Assembly: GCA_951406725.2 (NCBI GenBank)
Contig: OX597814.1
Span: 118,792,001-118,856,000, forward strand
Source of the DNA: Octopus vulgaris
Taxonomy: Eukaryota
DNA: 64,000 bases
Direction of reading: 5' to 3'
Part shown: positions 40,482-51,984 of the stretch, piece after piece
Position numbering within the stretch: the stretch's first letter is position 1
Layout of the letters: each line of letters starts with the position of its first letter
Made by a program: the position numbers and the translations under genes
The notes under the pieces: generated by a model
What the model was told of the DNA's origin: nothing
The model's database searches: none
Seen by the model: the letters and a program-made list of their open reading frames with translations, nothing else

Positions 40482-41240
40482 GGGTAGGTTGGTAACCAAC
40501 GCCCGGTTATTTACCTGAATAGCAGAAGTGAGGTGTTTAGTTTTTGCTCACATGAAAGGAGAACACAGTCAATGCAAACATAGATCCCCATCCTTGACCT
40601 TCTATCAATGCCTTCGGACCCGGCATATGGCACACACGTACACCCCTCTAAGGCAGACACCCCACAAAATAGATTTCTACCACCACCCCAACATATACTC
40701 TTTCACACACATTGTACCACCACACATATATAGACCACACATACACATTCATTACATACCGCCTGCTAAAATAAACCCCACCCCGGCACGACCTTAACGA
40801 ATACAGAAAGAAAACAGACCAACGAACACAATTATATATACCTATACCCCTGGAAAAATTATACATATGACACCACTATACATATCACAGTCCCCATCCC
40901 TACAGGAGCACTACGCTTAATAACGCAAATTTCCCCAGAAACAATTATCTCGAACCAACCTCACAGGAAACCCAATCAAGAGACGTAACTCGTAGACTAA
41001 TCCCCTGGCACTTTTTTCGTTTCACCTCCTTATACAGAGCAACAGCATGCTGGTTAAGTAATCGTCCTCCGACAATGGAGAGAGCAGTCACCATATTCAC
41101 TTCCACATCGGCTAACTCTGACGAGCGTAAGGATATGTAGTCGGATTCTTACTTAACACACCATTGCATTCCTTACGCGAAACGATCAATGTGGATATCC
41201 TTGATGGATATATACTACTATACGTTTCGAATAACTATAT
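40480..41240 (+). mobile_element. Probable PLE 3' end/pseudo-LTR between (TA)n tracts
   Basis: C/A-rich insert bounded by microsatellites and ending with a hammerhead-like core at 41118-41187. Confidence 0.45.
41102..41195 (+). ncRNA. Hammerhead-like motif with long stem II; stems I/III imperfect
   Basis: CTGACGA (41118)-GCGTAAGGA...TCCTTACGC-GAAAC (41179), a perfect 9-bp stem II. tccacat/atgtgga could close the fold. Confidence 0.5.
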
Positions 41241-41252
41241 ATATATATTTAT

Positions 41253-41324
<72 letters not shown>

Positions 41325-41610
41325 ATACATACATACATACATACATACATACATACATACATACATACATACATACATACATACATACATACATACATAC
41401 ATGGATAGATATACACTTTCTACGGTCGGATGTTCGCGTTACAATTTCTTACTGCACAAATGTTCAAAATTTTATCTTCAAAAAATTGCCTATCAAGATG
41501 GACACGTGTATCACACGTCAGAGGTTAAAATGGTCGCAGATAAATGCGACATTAAAGGTGTTGCTTAAGAACACTGGTAGACGCCGCCTAATCTGGAAAT
41601 CAAACACGTC

Positions 41611-41642
<32 letters not shown>

Positions 41643-42156
41643 GGTGGGTGTACTTCGTTTCTGGATTTGGTTTGTAACATTCTTTGTGTGAGTTCGCGTG
41701 TTGATGCATATTTTGTTGCGCTTGGGAAAGTTATTCTCTTTTTGTGCCTTATTATTTAACACACACACCAGTGCAGTTTCCAATTTTGTACTTATTTATT
41801 TCTTCTTGTCATTGCGTCCTACAACCTTTTCAATAATTCTTGACTCTCAACGGCTATTGACAATGTTGCGAGACGCAACGAAACTTTTAGAAAAACTAAT
41901 TAATAAGTAAATGAATGGAAACTGAACTGGTGAGTGTGTTAAATAATGAGGCACATAAAGAGAATGACGCCTCCAGGATACAATATATATATATATGAGA
42001 GCTTCCAACTCGGGCTGTGCCACATCATATAATCGTTGGTTTTCATACACACTTTCTTGTACTATTTTACAAAATAATATAATCTCTTAACAAAACAATT
42101 AAGAAGATAGCGTATAATCCATGCATTTGTATTTTTGTCACCATATACATACATAT

Positions 42157-42320
42157 GCGCAGGAGTGGCTGTGTGGTAAGAAGCTTGCTTACCAACCACA
42201 TGGTTCCGGGTTCAGTCCCACTGCGTGGCACCTTGGGCAAGTGTCTTCTACTATAGCCTCGGGCCGACCAAAGCCTTGTGAGTGGATTTGGTAGATGGAA
42301 ACTGAAAGAAGCCCGTCGTA

Positions 42321-42365
<45 letters not shown>

Positions 42366-42584
42366 ATGTGTGTGTGTGTTTGTGTGTCTGTGTGTGTCCC
42401 CCTAGCATTGCTTGACAACTGACGCTGGTGTGTTTATGACCCCGTTACTTAGCGGTTCGGCAAAAGAGACCGATAGAATAAGTACTGGGCTTACAAAAGA
42501 ATAAGTACCGGGGTCCAGTTGCTCGATTAAAGGCGGTGCTCCAGCATGGCCGCTGTCAAATGACTGAAACAAGTAAAAGAGTAA
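42157..42584 (+). mobile_element. SINE family A, full length (tRNA-derived head, internal TA/TG microsatellite, LINE-like tail)
   Basis: A-box-like tggctgtgtggtaag, B-box-like ggttcagtccc, core ccttgggcaagtgtctt, tail ggcggtgctccagcatggccgctgtcaaatgactgaaacaagtaaaagag. Confidence 0.96.
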
Positions 42585-42740
42585 TGTATCATGTGTGCGG
42601 GTGTGCGTGTGTGTGTGTGTAATCACTTACTTCATTTAGACTGCGGCCATCGTGTGGTAACACACGCGCACATTCACATACACACATATATATATAAATA
42701 AATATAATAATGAAACTATTATCTCACATATATATATATA

Positions 42741-43127
42741 CTAGCAGTATCGCCCGGCGTTGCTCGGATTGTAAGGGAAATAACTATATAAGCATTTTTA
42801 GAGAGTTATAGCCAAAAAATAGCATGCATTAAAAATTGAAAAAAAATTAAGGTAAATTTTTATTTAAATCGTTGACACATCGTAGATATTTTTAGAGAGT
42901 TACTTCCCTTATATAAAAGCGAAAAAAAAGCATTAAAATGGAAAAAATGATGGTAATTTTTTTTAAATCGTAGACTCATCGTAGACGCACGCTAATACCC
43001 AGAAGGGCTCGATATGAATCACGACTATAAGATACCCGCTTTTGGTTAAACTGCACCGCAAAATGTGGGAGTAGTTAGGAATCTAAATCGTAGGAGACAG
43101 ACACACAACTTCACTCTTATATAAAGA
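42741..43127 (-). mobile_element. Non-autonomous Helitron, 387 bp
   Basis: On the - strand: A|TCTTTATATAAG...ccgagcaacgccgggcgatactgCTAG|T. This gives a 5' TC, a 3' GC-rich imperfect hairpin plus CTAG, insertion in an AT dinucleotide and no TSD. Internal ~95-bp tandem duplication. Confidence 0.88.
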
Positions 43128-43572
43128 TGCTTTTTTTTTCAGTCATAGAGTTAGATTTATGAAGGTCTTCAGTAGAAAATCCTTCGAATTCTGACTCGCT
43201 GCTTGATATAATGAAATTCGTATCCATTTTTTGTCAGAATTACAAATTTTGAAAACACAATAGGAACAAATTTCGGAAAAAATCTCCCATAATTCATGGA
43301 ATTAAAATTACACTTCGATTTTTGTACAAAACTGTAGTTGAAGTGTTTACGATGTATAATACGTGTTTTCACGAATGTACTAAAGAGATTTGCTCTGATA
43401 TTCTCATTCCTCTATTTACATAATATTGAGGTCTCTTTCTTTCTTTTGTTATCTTGCTGTTTTTACCAATATACATATATATATATATATATATAATATA
43501 TATATATAGTTACAGAGATGTACTTGCATAGCAAGTGACTTGATCTGAGATCGTGTGCTGGAACGAAAACAG

Positions 43573-43831
43573 TTGCAGCGTTGAAGGTGTTTATAAGCCA
43601 TTTAAGAAACACACAAAAACCGTTAGATTCACTTCAACATTTAAATTTAATTTGTCAAAATATTTTCGTCGCTTTGAGACCGCGACCTGTTAACACGATA
43701 TTTTTGTCAGTGAACAGGTCGCGGTCTCAAAGCGACGAAAATATTTTGGCAAATTAAATTTAAATGTTGAAGTGAATGTAACGGTTTTTGTGTGTTTCTT
43801 AAATGGCTTACAAACACCTTCCACGCTGCAA
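43573..43831. repeat. Fold-back: 119-bp inverted arms with a 21-bp spacer (PLE pseudo-LTR-type)
   Basis: Arms 43573-43691 and 43713-43831 are near-perfect reverse complements. Confidence 0.95.
43703..43753 (+). ncRNA. Minimal type I hammerhead, G3-C8 core variant
   Basis: TTTGTCA-GTGAACA-g-GTCGCggtctcaaaGCGAC-GAA-AATATT-T-TGGCAAA. The other arm reads TGACAAA, a perfect stem I partner. Confidence 0.65.
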
Positions 43832-43899
43832 TATATATATACACACATATATATATATGTATGTATGTATGTATGTGTGTATATGTGTATGCATGTATG

Positions 43900-44125
43900 T
43901 GTGTGTGTGTGCGTGTCTGTGCTTGTGATTGTCCTCCACCACTGCTTGACAACGAATGTTGGTTTGTTTACATCCCTGTCACCTAGTGGTTTGACAAAGG
44001 AAACAGATAGAATAAGTACAATGCTTACAAAAATAAAACTGGAGTTGATTCATTAAACTACAATTCTTCAAGGCATTGCCCCAGCATGGCCACAGACCAA
44101 TGGCTGGAAAAAGCAGAAGAATAAA
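43900..44125 (+). mobile_element. SINE family A, 3' half
   Basis: gcttgacaacg...gatagaataagtac...gccccagcatggccacagaccaatggctggaa. Confidence 0.85.
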
Positions 44126-44196
44126 AGAATACATTCTCTGCTTTGGTCTTATGTTCAAGGCATGAGAAAGCTTGAGTTTACATGAGAAGGCCTAAC

Positions 44197-44443
44197 AGAC
44201 CTGGTAGAAACAGCAGCCAAATCTCCCTCAAATCACACCTTACTGTCTTATGTATATATATATATGAGCCAATGAGGGGGACCTCTACATGGTAGCTAGA
44301 CCTGGTACATGGTAAAATAGCAGCCAAATTTCCCTCAAATCACACCTTACTGTCTTATCTATGTATATGTATGTATGAGCTATGAGGAGACCACATGGCA
44401 GCAGACTGGTAGAAATAGCACATTCTCAAATCACCTAGTCTTA
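44197..44443 (+). repeat. Three diverged copies of a ~55-bp unit
   Basis: agacctggtagaaacagcagccaaatctccctcaaatcacaccttactgtctta at 44197, ~44298 and ~44403. Confidence 0.85.
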
Positions 44444-44954
44444 TCTTTCTGCTACTTGGATATAGGTGTTATATTCGTCGTAAAAAACTTTCCTCTCACA
44501 CACTCACGCACACGCACACACACACACACACACACACCCACACACACACACACACGCGCACACACACACACACACACACTCACACACACGCACGTTAGCT
44601 TACAATTTTATTTATATATTTGCGTGTCTATGTGTGGAAAGCGGAAGTGGGAGGCAGAGTGAAAGAATCACTCACTACAGTAAGGGAATTACTTTAATTT
44701 TATTCGTTGCCCACTGTGTGTGTGCGTTTGCGTGTGGTGTAAACCAGACTAAGAAAAGCATTTGACACACACACCAGAATGTGAGTTCTCTGTAAATTTT
44801 GCTTAATTGGAGTTTAAATTTTAAAAACTGGACCTGGCATGACGCGATGCATTGTACTCTTAAAAATGCTAGGTAAATTGTAATTGAAGAAATGCTATAT
44901 TGTAGATTTGTATAACTCCCAAAGGGAGGCAGATAAAATCTGCCTTTTATAATA

Positions 44955-45010
<56 letters not shown>

Positions 45011-45159
45011 CTGGAATGCGGTTTTACCGCTTGGATCGCTTTCAAGGCCACTACATCCCGTCGGATTCATTCCAAAATTTACAGCGACATGTAAAATCAG
45101 GGGACGATGCCCTTGGGCTACCTTAGAAATCCCTATCTTAAAAGGTGTTGTTGCTAGGG

Positions 45160-45550
45160 CCAAAAACCCACTTTGACAAGTCCACTCCCGTTCTTTAACG
45201 TATCTGTCTTCCTCAACTCACTCTCGCTATTTCCTCTCTTCCCAGCACTTTTTCACTCTATTTCATACATTCCCATTACATTCACTTCCTCAAACGGCCT
45301 TCTTTTATATATCTGTCTGCATTCATAGAGAGAATTACTATCGCCACCACCAACACACAATCATGACAACAAATATTATTAATCTCGCCATCGCACTCTA
45401 TCGCGTTCTTTTATGTATCTGTCTGCATTCATAGAGAGACAAAAACCCACTTTGACAAGTCCAATCTCGTTCTTTAATGTATCTGTCTGTATTCATAGAG
45501 AGAATTATCACCGCCACCACAACACACGAGCATGAGAACAAATATTTTGA
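45160..45550 (+). repeat. Nested direct duplications
   Basis: aaaacccactttgacaagtcc occurs at ~45163 and ~45442. gtatctgtctgcattcatagagag-like blocks occur at ~45310, ~45415 and ~45479. Confidence 0.85.
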
Positions 45551-46010
45551 ATCAGATATTTCTTGAGTTCATTTATATGTGTGTGTGTGTGTGTGTTCTA
45601 TATATAAATATGTATATATAATGTATATATACAAAGTGTATATATCTGTATTTATGTATATTAAACTTTTTAATACTTTTTCATAGTTATATATATTTTT
45701 AAACAAATTATAAATTTAATTTAATAATTTTTATTTTAAATTTAAATAATTTAGATTTTTCAATTTTATATTTTATATTTTCTATATTATATTTTTATTT
45801 TTATGTTTTTGTTTTTCGTTTTTCACTGTTTGATTTGCCTATTAGTGGTTTTATCTCTAATTTAATTTATACATATATATATACATATAATTTGTATACA
45901 TTTGTATATATAATGCGTGCACACACATACACACACACTCATATATATATATAATGTGTGCATTATGTGGTCGGTCGGTTCAGCTGAAAATATGCACACC
46001 TATGTTAAAA

Positions 46011-46456
46011 ATGGCGGTGGCCTCATGGAGCTGACCATGGCAGCGATTATTCTTATACCTATAAGAATGCCATATTAATATGGCGATAACAATTAACTTC
46101 CAGTAAACGCTGCCATAATCTCTTTTATAGAGACTTAGTCATTTTAATATTTCTATTATTGAAAACAAGTGGATGTATTCCACTGAAACTAGGTAAATAT
46201 AAGCCTTCGAACAGAGACGTCAGTGGCGACACCTGCGGGTCTGACTGCGCTACATTGACAAGGGGCAATACCCCGAAACGCGTCTGTAGCTGTCGGACTG
46301 GCAGTGTGAAGCGGCTGACCTCCCTTGTTCGAAGGTTATAATGGATACAGATCGTGTATCAATAGCTATCTTGATGGCGGTGGCGTCATGGAGCTGACCA
46401 TGGCAGCGATTATTCTTATATCTATAAGAATGCCATATTAATATGGCGATAACAAT

Positions 46457-46461
<5 letters not shown>
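46011..46461 (+). mobile_element. 363-bp tandem unit with 88-bp terminal direct repeats and a central hammerhead (retrozyme-like or PLE pseudo-LTR)
   Basis: 46011-46098 is nearly identical to 46374-46461 (2 mismatches). Non-coding and ends in (TA)n. Confidence 0.8.
46249..46290 (+). ncRNA. Minimal type I hammerhead, U3-A8 core variant, intact
   Basis: GCTACA-TTGACAA-GGGGcaataCCCC-GAA-ACGCGT-C-TGTAGC. Stems I and II are perfect, stem III is the palindrome ACGCGT, and the site is GUC. Confidence 0.85.
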
Positions 46462-46505
<44 letters not shown>

Positions 46506-48034
46506 ACACACATACAAATCTATTCATGTAGGTGTAAGTGTAAGTCTCTCTTTATATATTTAGCAAGTTTACTCTAATTTTAATATTCGGTCTGTTTGGT
46601 GATTTCCGATCTAGATCTATCACGACTGAAGTACATTCGTGGAAATGGTTTTAAAAACATGTATTTACAAATGACATGCACACTGGAAATATATTTTCAT
46701 CATGTTTTTTTTTAAATGATATAAATATTTTTGAAACATTAGGATGTACAATTAAACTGGTATTCTCTCTTTTCCCGTCGTTACTTCACAGACATACACG
46801 TTCATGACGTATCTTTTACGCTATGCTCTGGCTTTTGTTGTGGAATAAAAGAAAATTGTGTAAATTTAATGCATTTGACATTCTACTATTTATGGATCAA
46901 ATTAAACAACGTTTATTCAGAGCTTGATATATGTAAACGCTGGTAAATTTCTATAAAAAGATATATGTAAACGGTAGCCATTATTGGAGGATATTAAATG
47001 TCTCATACAATATAATATAAGTATTCTTCTTTTTATATCCTGTGACAGCATCTAAAGAAATGTCACGAGGAAGCATCATTAACAGGAAAGAGCACACAAT
47101 GGACATGAGAAATGAATATGAAGGATAAAATAAGAAGAGAAATGAATCTGAAAAAATATCCATTCATTTATTTAATTGTTTGTTTGTTTACTTATGTGTT
47201 GCTTGTTCATAGATTAAAGCAGTAGGTGACAGTTGAATATAATAGCTGATCTCATAGATAAAGTAACTTAAGTGACAGGAATATTGTTAAAGATTTTTTG
47301 TTTGTTTGGTAGTTATACAGTAACATTCGTATATATTTCGAACTTTTACATCAAGTATCACAAAGCCTTATGATATAGTTAAGCAACTGGTAATTAATTT
47401 CGTTGGGTAATATACTTAATACTTATTCTTATTTCTAATCCAAGTTCAAATTGAAAGTAATGCGATTTAAATCTATTTTGTAAGTAAACCTCTATGCAGT
47501 TATTCTATAGACGGGATTATGGAAGACTCTTAATGAATGCTATTTCCGAACAGTTATTTTGCTGCTAATTAAAGTAAACTTCAACATAACAAGTACAGCG
47601 TGCTGCCTAAAATTAGTTGTAATTATTAGATGCTAACGGTAATATTAATCATTTCTAATTTAGACATAATGCCACGAACTGTAACCGAATGATATGCGTC
47701 AATATCATCAAGCCAGTAAATGGCTGGTAACATATTATTTCGACAGCAAATGGGTGGAAGGCAAAGGCAAACCAGAGTTCGGCAGGACTTCAGCTAAACA
47801 TTTAAAGTACCGGAACAAATGGTGCATGACTTTTTACCAACAATCTGTTGATTCTCCGATTCTATAAGATCGCCGGCCAACGTTTTCCTAATAATACTGT
47901 CTACTATAGGCGCAAGGCCTGGAATTTTGCGGGAGTAATCTAGGCGATAATGGACTTCAACGTTCAAACTACACAAGTCAATGGGCGAAAAACAAAATTG
48001 GAATGTTGAAATAAGTGTGTAAAAAGTAAGATAT

Positions 48035-48128
48035 TAAGGATCAAATGGCTACGGGGGTCCAATAGACCAAACATAATAAAAGGAAATCAGCGGGGCCACT
48101 GTTCAAAAACTGTCCACAACCACTGGTT
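48035..48128. mobile_element. Possible hAT-type MITE end
   Basis: gggggtcca...aaaaactgtccacaaccactg resembles hAT MITE termini. The partner end was not found. Confidence 0.3.
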
Positions 48129-48189
48129 TAGATGCATCAGAATATGTTTCGGAAATCATATACCGTTTACTTTCATAATACTGTTTTAC

Positions 48190-48680
48190 TCTTCTACTTT
48201 TTTCAGTCATTTGACACCGGCCATGCTGGAGCACCGTCTTTAGTCGAGCAAATCAACCCCAGGACTTATTATTCGTAAGCTTAGTACTTATTCTTTCGGT
48301 CTCTTTTGCCGAACCGTTAAGTTACGAGGACGTAAACACACCACCATCTGTTGTCAAGCGATGTCGGGGGGGCAAACACAGACACACAAACACACACATA
48401 TACATACCAAATCCACTCACAAGGATGTGCTCGGCCCGAGGCTATAGTAGGAGACACTTGCGCAAGGTGCCACGCAATGGGACTGAAAGGCGACGAACTG
48501 GCAGAATCATTAGCATACCAGACAAAATGTTAAGTGGCATGTCATCCCTCAGTTCTTGAGTTCAAATTCCGCCAAGGTCGAGTTTGCCTTTCATCATTTC
48601 GTGCTCGATAAAATAAGAAACATTTGAGTACTGGGGTGACATAGCTCCTTCTTCGAAACTGCCGACCGTGTACGAAAACT
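48190..48680. mobile_element. SINE A (-, 48190-48485) abutting SINE B (+, 48486-48680)
   Basis: ...ggtgccacgcaatgggactgaa|aggcgacgaactggcagaatcattagc...gagttcaaattccgcc. Confidence 0.9.
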
Positions 48681-48903
48681 AATATTAATGTTGATATTAA
48701 TCGTAAAATATTATAAATCTCTAATTACATTAAAAACTAGTTAGCAAATATATCAAAATTTTCCATTCCTACTTTTGGAAGATTTATTCTGTAAGTAAGG
48801 AGATTAAGGAACAGAAAGAATTGAAATAAACACATACGCACACAAAAAAAACACACACACAGACACATGTATGCATACAATCATTCATAGATACATACAT
48901 CTT

Positions 48904-48971
<68 letters not shown>

Positions 48972-48994
48972 GTTTTAATGTATGTATGAATGTA

Positions 48995-49052
<58 letters not shown>

Positions 49053-49054
49053 TG

Positions 49055-49190
49055 GAAAAAAGTCAAGGTAGAAAATGCTAAAATAATTTTATAAAAACAT
49101 TTCGTTACCGGTTTCGGTCATTGAGTCTTTTTCAATTGTAAGTTTGGAAAGCAATTAAATTTGGGAAAAATTAAAAGAAAAGTTTTTTAA
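49055..49190 (-). mobile_element. Third copy of the 22854 pseudo-LTR/hammerhead family
   Basis: agtcaaggtagaaaatgctaaaataattttataaa..taccggtttcggtcattgagtctttttcaattgtaa. Confidence 0.85.
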
Positions 49191-49273
49191 CTTGTAGAGT
49201 ATTCAAATATAAGTGGCATTTACCTAGTTTCAGCCTGTTTTTTTTCTGTCTTCTTTACTCTTGCGTGTTCGAG

Positions 49274-49343
<70 letters not shown>

Positions 49344-49715
49344 ATATATATGCATACTTTCATAAATGCATACATACAATCATACATAACACTTCACTAT
49401 CAATAACTAATTAGGAAGAATCGAAAAATAGTTACAGCTATATCATTTTAAATTAATTGAAGCTTAATTAAGTCAAAGTTGATCGAACTGCAGACAAATT
49501 TGTGAGATGACAGTAAACTCTTTATATGTGAAATTAGTATAAAATTTTAACTGCTAGCCGTACTAAACTTTGATATGCCGCTATGTTTTCTGTAACTCAT
49601 ACGTAACAGTTCTAAGAAATTATCATAGTCTTTCTCCCTCATCATCAGCGCATACACATACACACATATACACACGCGCGCTCGCTCACACTCATACATA
49701 TAGATAGATAGGTAA

Positions 49716-49763
<48 letters not shown>

Positions 49764-49819
49764 ATATACACACACTATCATACATGCACCCCCGTATATA
49801 TATATATATATATATATAT

Positions 49820-50395
49820 AATCTTTCACTTGTTTCAGTTATAAGACAGCAGCCACGCTGGAGCATCACCTGCAATGTTTTAGGCGAACACAGGTAAATT
49901 TCTATACAAAAGATATATGTAAACTGCAGCCATTATTAGAGGATATTAAATGTCACTACCCAATTGCTAAAAAGCATTCGTAAAGTAAAATCATGTACGA
50001 ACACTGAATGGCGGTGCCCCAGCATGGCCACAGCTCGTGAGCTGAAATTAGATAAAATATAAAATATATAAAAAATATAAATATATACGTTGTTATATAT
50101 ATATATATATATTAGATCTTTTTGAAAAGCATGCTGCATATTTTATGTGTCTAGGTCTGCCACGAAGTTACGAGAACATTCACAAACCAACGCCGGTCTT
50201 CTAGTGGTGGTGAACAAGCACAAGCACACACAGGCATATATGTATATGAGTACAACGGGCTTTCATTGTCCGCTTGCCATATCATTCACAGGTCTCCCTC
50301 TACATCAAAAATCCTTCGCACATGGTGCCATGCTGTGGGACTGGACCGAGAACCCTGTGATTGGGAGGAGAGCTTCTTGCCACACAGCCACGCCG
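49820..50395. mobile_element. SINE A (-) interrupted by a copy of local DNA and a + strand LINE 3' tail (49955-50060)
   Basis: SINE tail at 49820-49890, SINE body and head at 50150-50395. 49955-50060 matches the reverse complement of 31375-31480. Confidence 0.8.
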
Positions 50396-50654
50396 GTGGA
50401 CTTATAACAAGATTATATGTATATATGTTTGTATGTATGTATGTAGATAGATGATGGATGAATGGATAGATAGATAGATATATACATATATAGATAGATA
50501 GATAAATAGATAGATGGATGGATGGATGGATAGATAGATGATTTGTCAGGATTCACATCTTGGGTGCTTGCATATATAAATCCATAGGTTAATGAAGTCT
50601 AGTGCAGTATTGGTGAGTTATTGAAACACCACACGACATTCAGAGACCCACATA

Positions 50655-50990
50655 TGCATTTCGTCTATCCTTACGTTGTGATTTCAAATTCTGCCGGGGT
50701 TGAATGTGCCTTTTTTCTCATTTGGGGACAAAGAGATAAATACCAGCAGAGCACTGAGGTGAAGTAATCGACTTAATCCCACCTACGAAATTGTTAGCCT
50801 TAAATAAGAAATTTCATGTCCACATCGATCCCAGGGATTATTATTTCTAAGTTAAGTACTTATTCTATCGGTCACTTTTTACGAACCGCAAAGTTACGGG
50901 GACGTAAACTCACCAATATCCGTTGTCAAGCGATGGTGGATGGAAGGACAAACACAGACACAAAGACTCGCACATAGCCATACATATATA
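50655..50990. mobile_element. Partial SINE B (+, 50655-50810) followed by partial SINE A (-, 50820-50990)
   Basis: atttcgtct..ttcaaattctgcc..gtaatcgacttaatccc, then agtacttattctatcggtc..gttacggggacgtaaac..gttgtcaagcg. Confidence 0.85.
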
Positions 50991-51025
50991 CCTACAAACA
51001 CACAGACACACACACAGACACACAC

Positions 51026-51063
<38 letters not shown>

Positions 51064-51079
51064 CACACACACACATCAC

Positions 51080-51850
51080 AACGTGGTTTAATAAAAGGAT
51101 ATACATAGAAGCTACCCAAAATGAAATGACACGAAGACTAGCCGCACACCAACACTCTTTCTGACATACAAATAAGATTAACTCGACTGGAGTAAGTAAA
51201 TACATTTGGGAACCTGAAGATAAAGATACCAGATTCGCTTTAGGAAGGAAAATCCTCGACTCCGCAACTTCGTACAATGTAAAAAACAAGAAATGCCATA
51301 TTTGCATTAATGAACAATTTTTCCTACTAGCGGTACAACATCCATTACTTAACTTGAGGGAAGAGAGAAACTAGCCAGCCTGCACAAGGATAAATTTACC
51401 TTCGCTAAATATAAATAGCATTAGCGACTCTTACAACATACCCAAAAATAACATCCAGAGCGCTCCACCGCAGAAATAATAGTTCTCGATTTTGAATGAG
51501 GGCATATATAAACTCCTAAATTTAGCAGGTTTAATATCATTACAATCATGGGTCCTTTATGGGTATTTCAATGGCAATATCCCTATCCCTAAACCAACAT
51601 ATCCGAATTTAAATCCCACCCCTCCCATAAAAATGAAATATATAATACATATATTTATTAAGCCATTTCTCGTTGATATAGACTGTTGATCCCCTTTGAT
51701 AAAACCAGTTCCTTCAATCATAAACCTAATTTGTAATAGAGGGCATCAGTACATAATCCCCAATCATTAAACCCCTTATAGGAGCCCGTACACGCTATCT
51801 GAGCTAAGGCTGTACTGGTAACTAATATTTTACTTAACTGAACCTTATAT
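51080..51850 (+). mobile_element. Penelope-like element 3' fragment (GIY-YIG domain plus 3' UTR)
   Basis: IYIEATQNEMTRRLAAHQHSF*HTNKINSTGVSKYIWE...ILDSATSYNVKNKKCHICINEQFFLL..HPLLNLREE. Confidence 0.88.
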
Positions 51851-51984
51851 ATATATATATATTGTTGAAATTTACAGAAAAAAACAAAAGACGAAGACAT
51901 GTGTATAAACAACACATAGGTGTATTAGTTTAACACTTGGGAAGGTAAGAAAGTCGTTTTACGTTTCGAGCCTATGCTATGACA

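Noticed and set aside
42157-42230. tRNA-like sequences at SINE heads (also 26075, 58305, 58910)
   Set aside because: They continue into SINE bodies and lack a full cloverleaf, so they are not tRNA genes.
44197-44443. Repeat-spacer pattern reminiscent of CRISPR
   Set aside because: Eukaryotic context, only three diverged ~55-bp units, microsatellite-like spacers and no cas genes.
45012-45075. Minus-strand CCGACGG...GAAAGCG motif
   Set aside because: Too many core deviations and no clear stem II.
51860-51980. Minus-strand GCATAGGCTC-GAAACGTA fragment
   Set aside because: Likely a truncated pseudo-LTR, but the 5' half of the core is absent.
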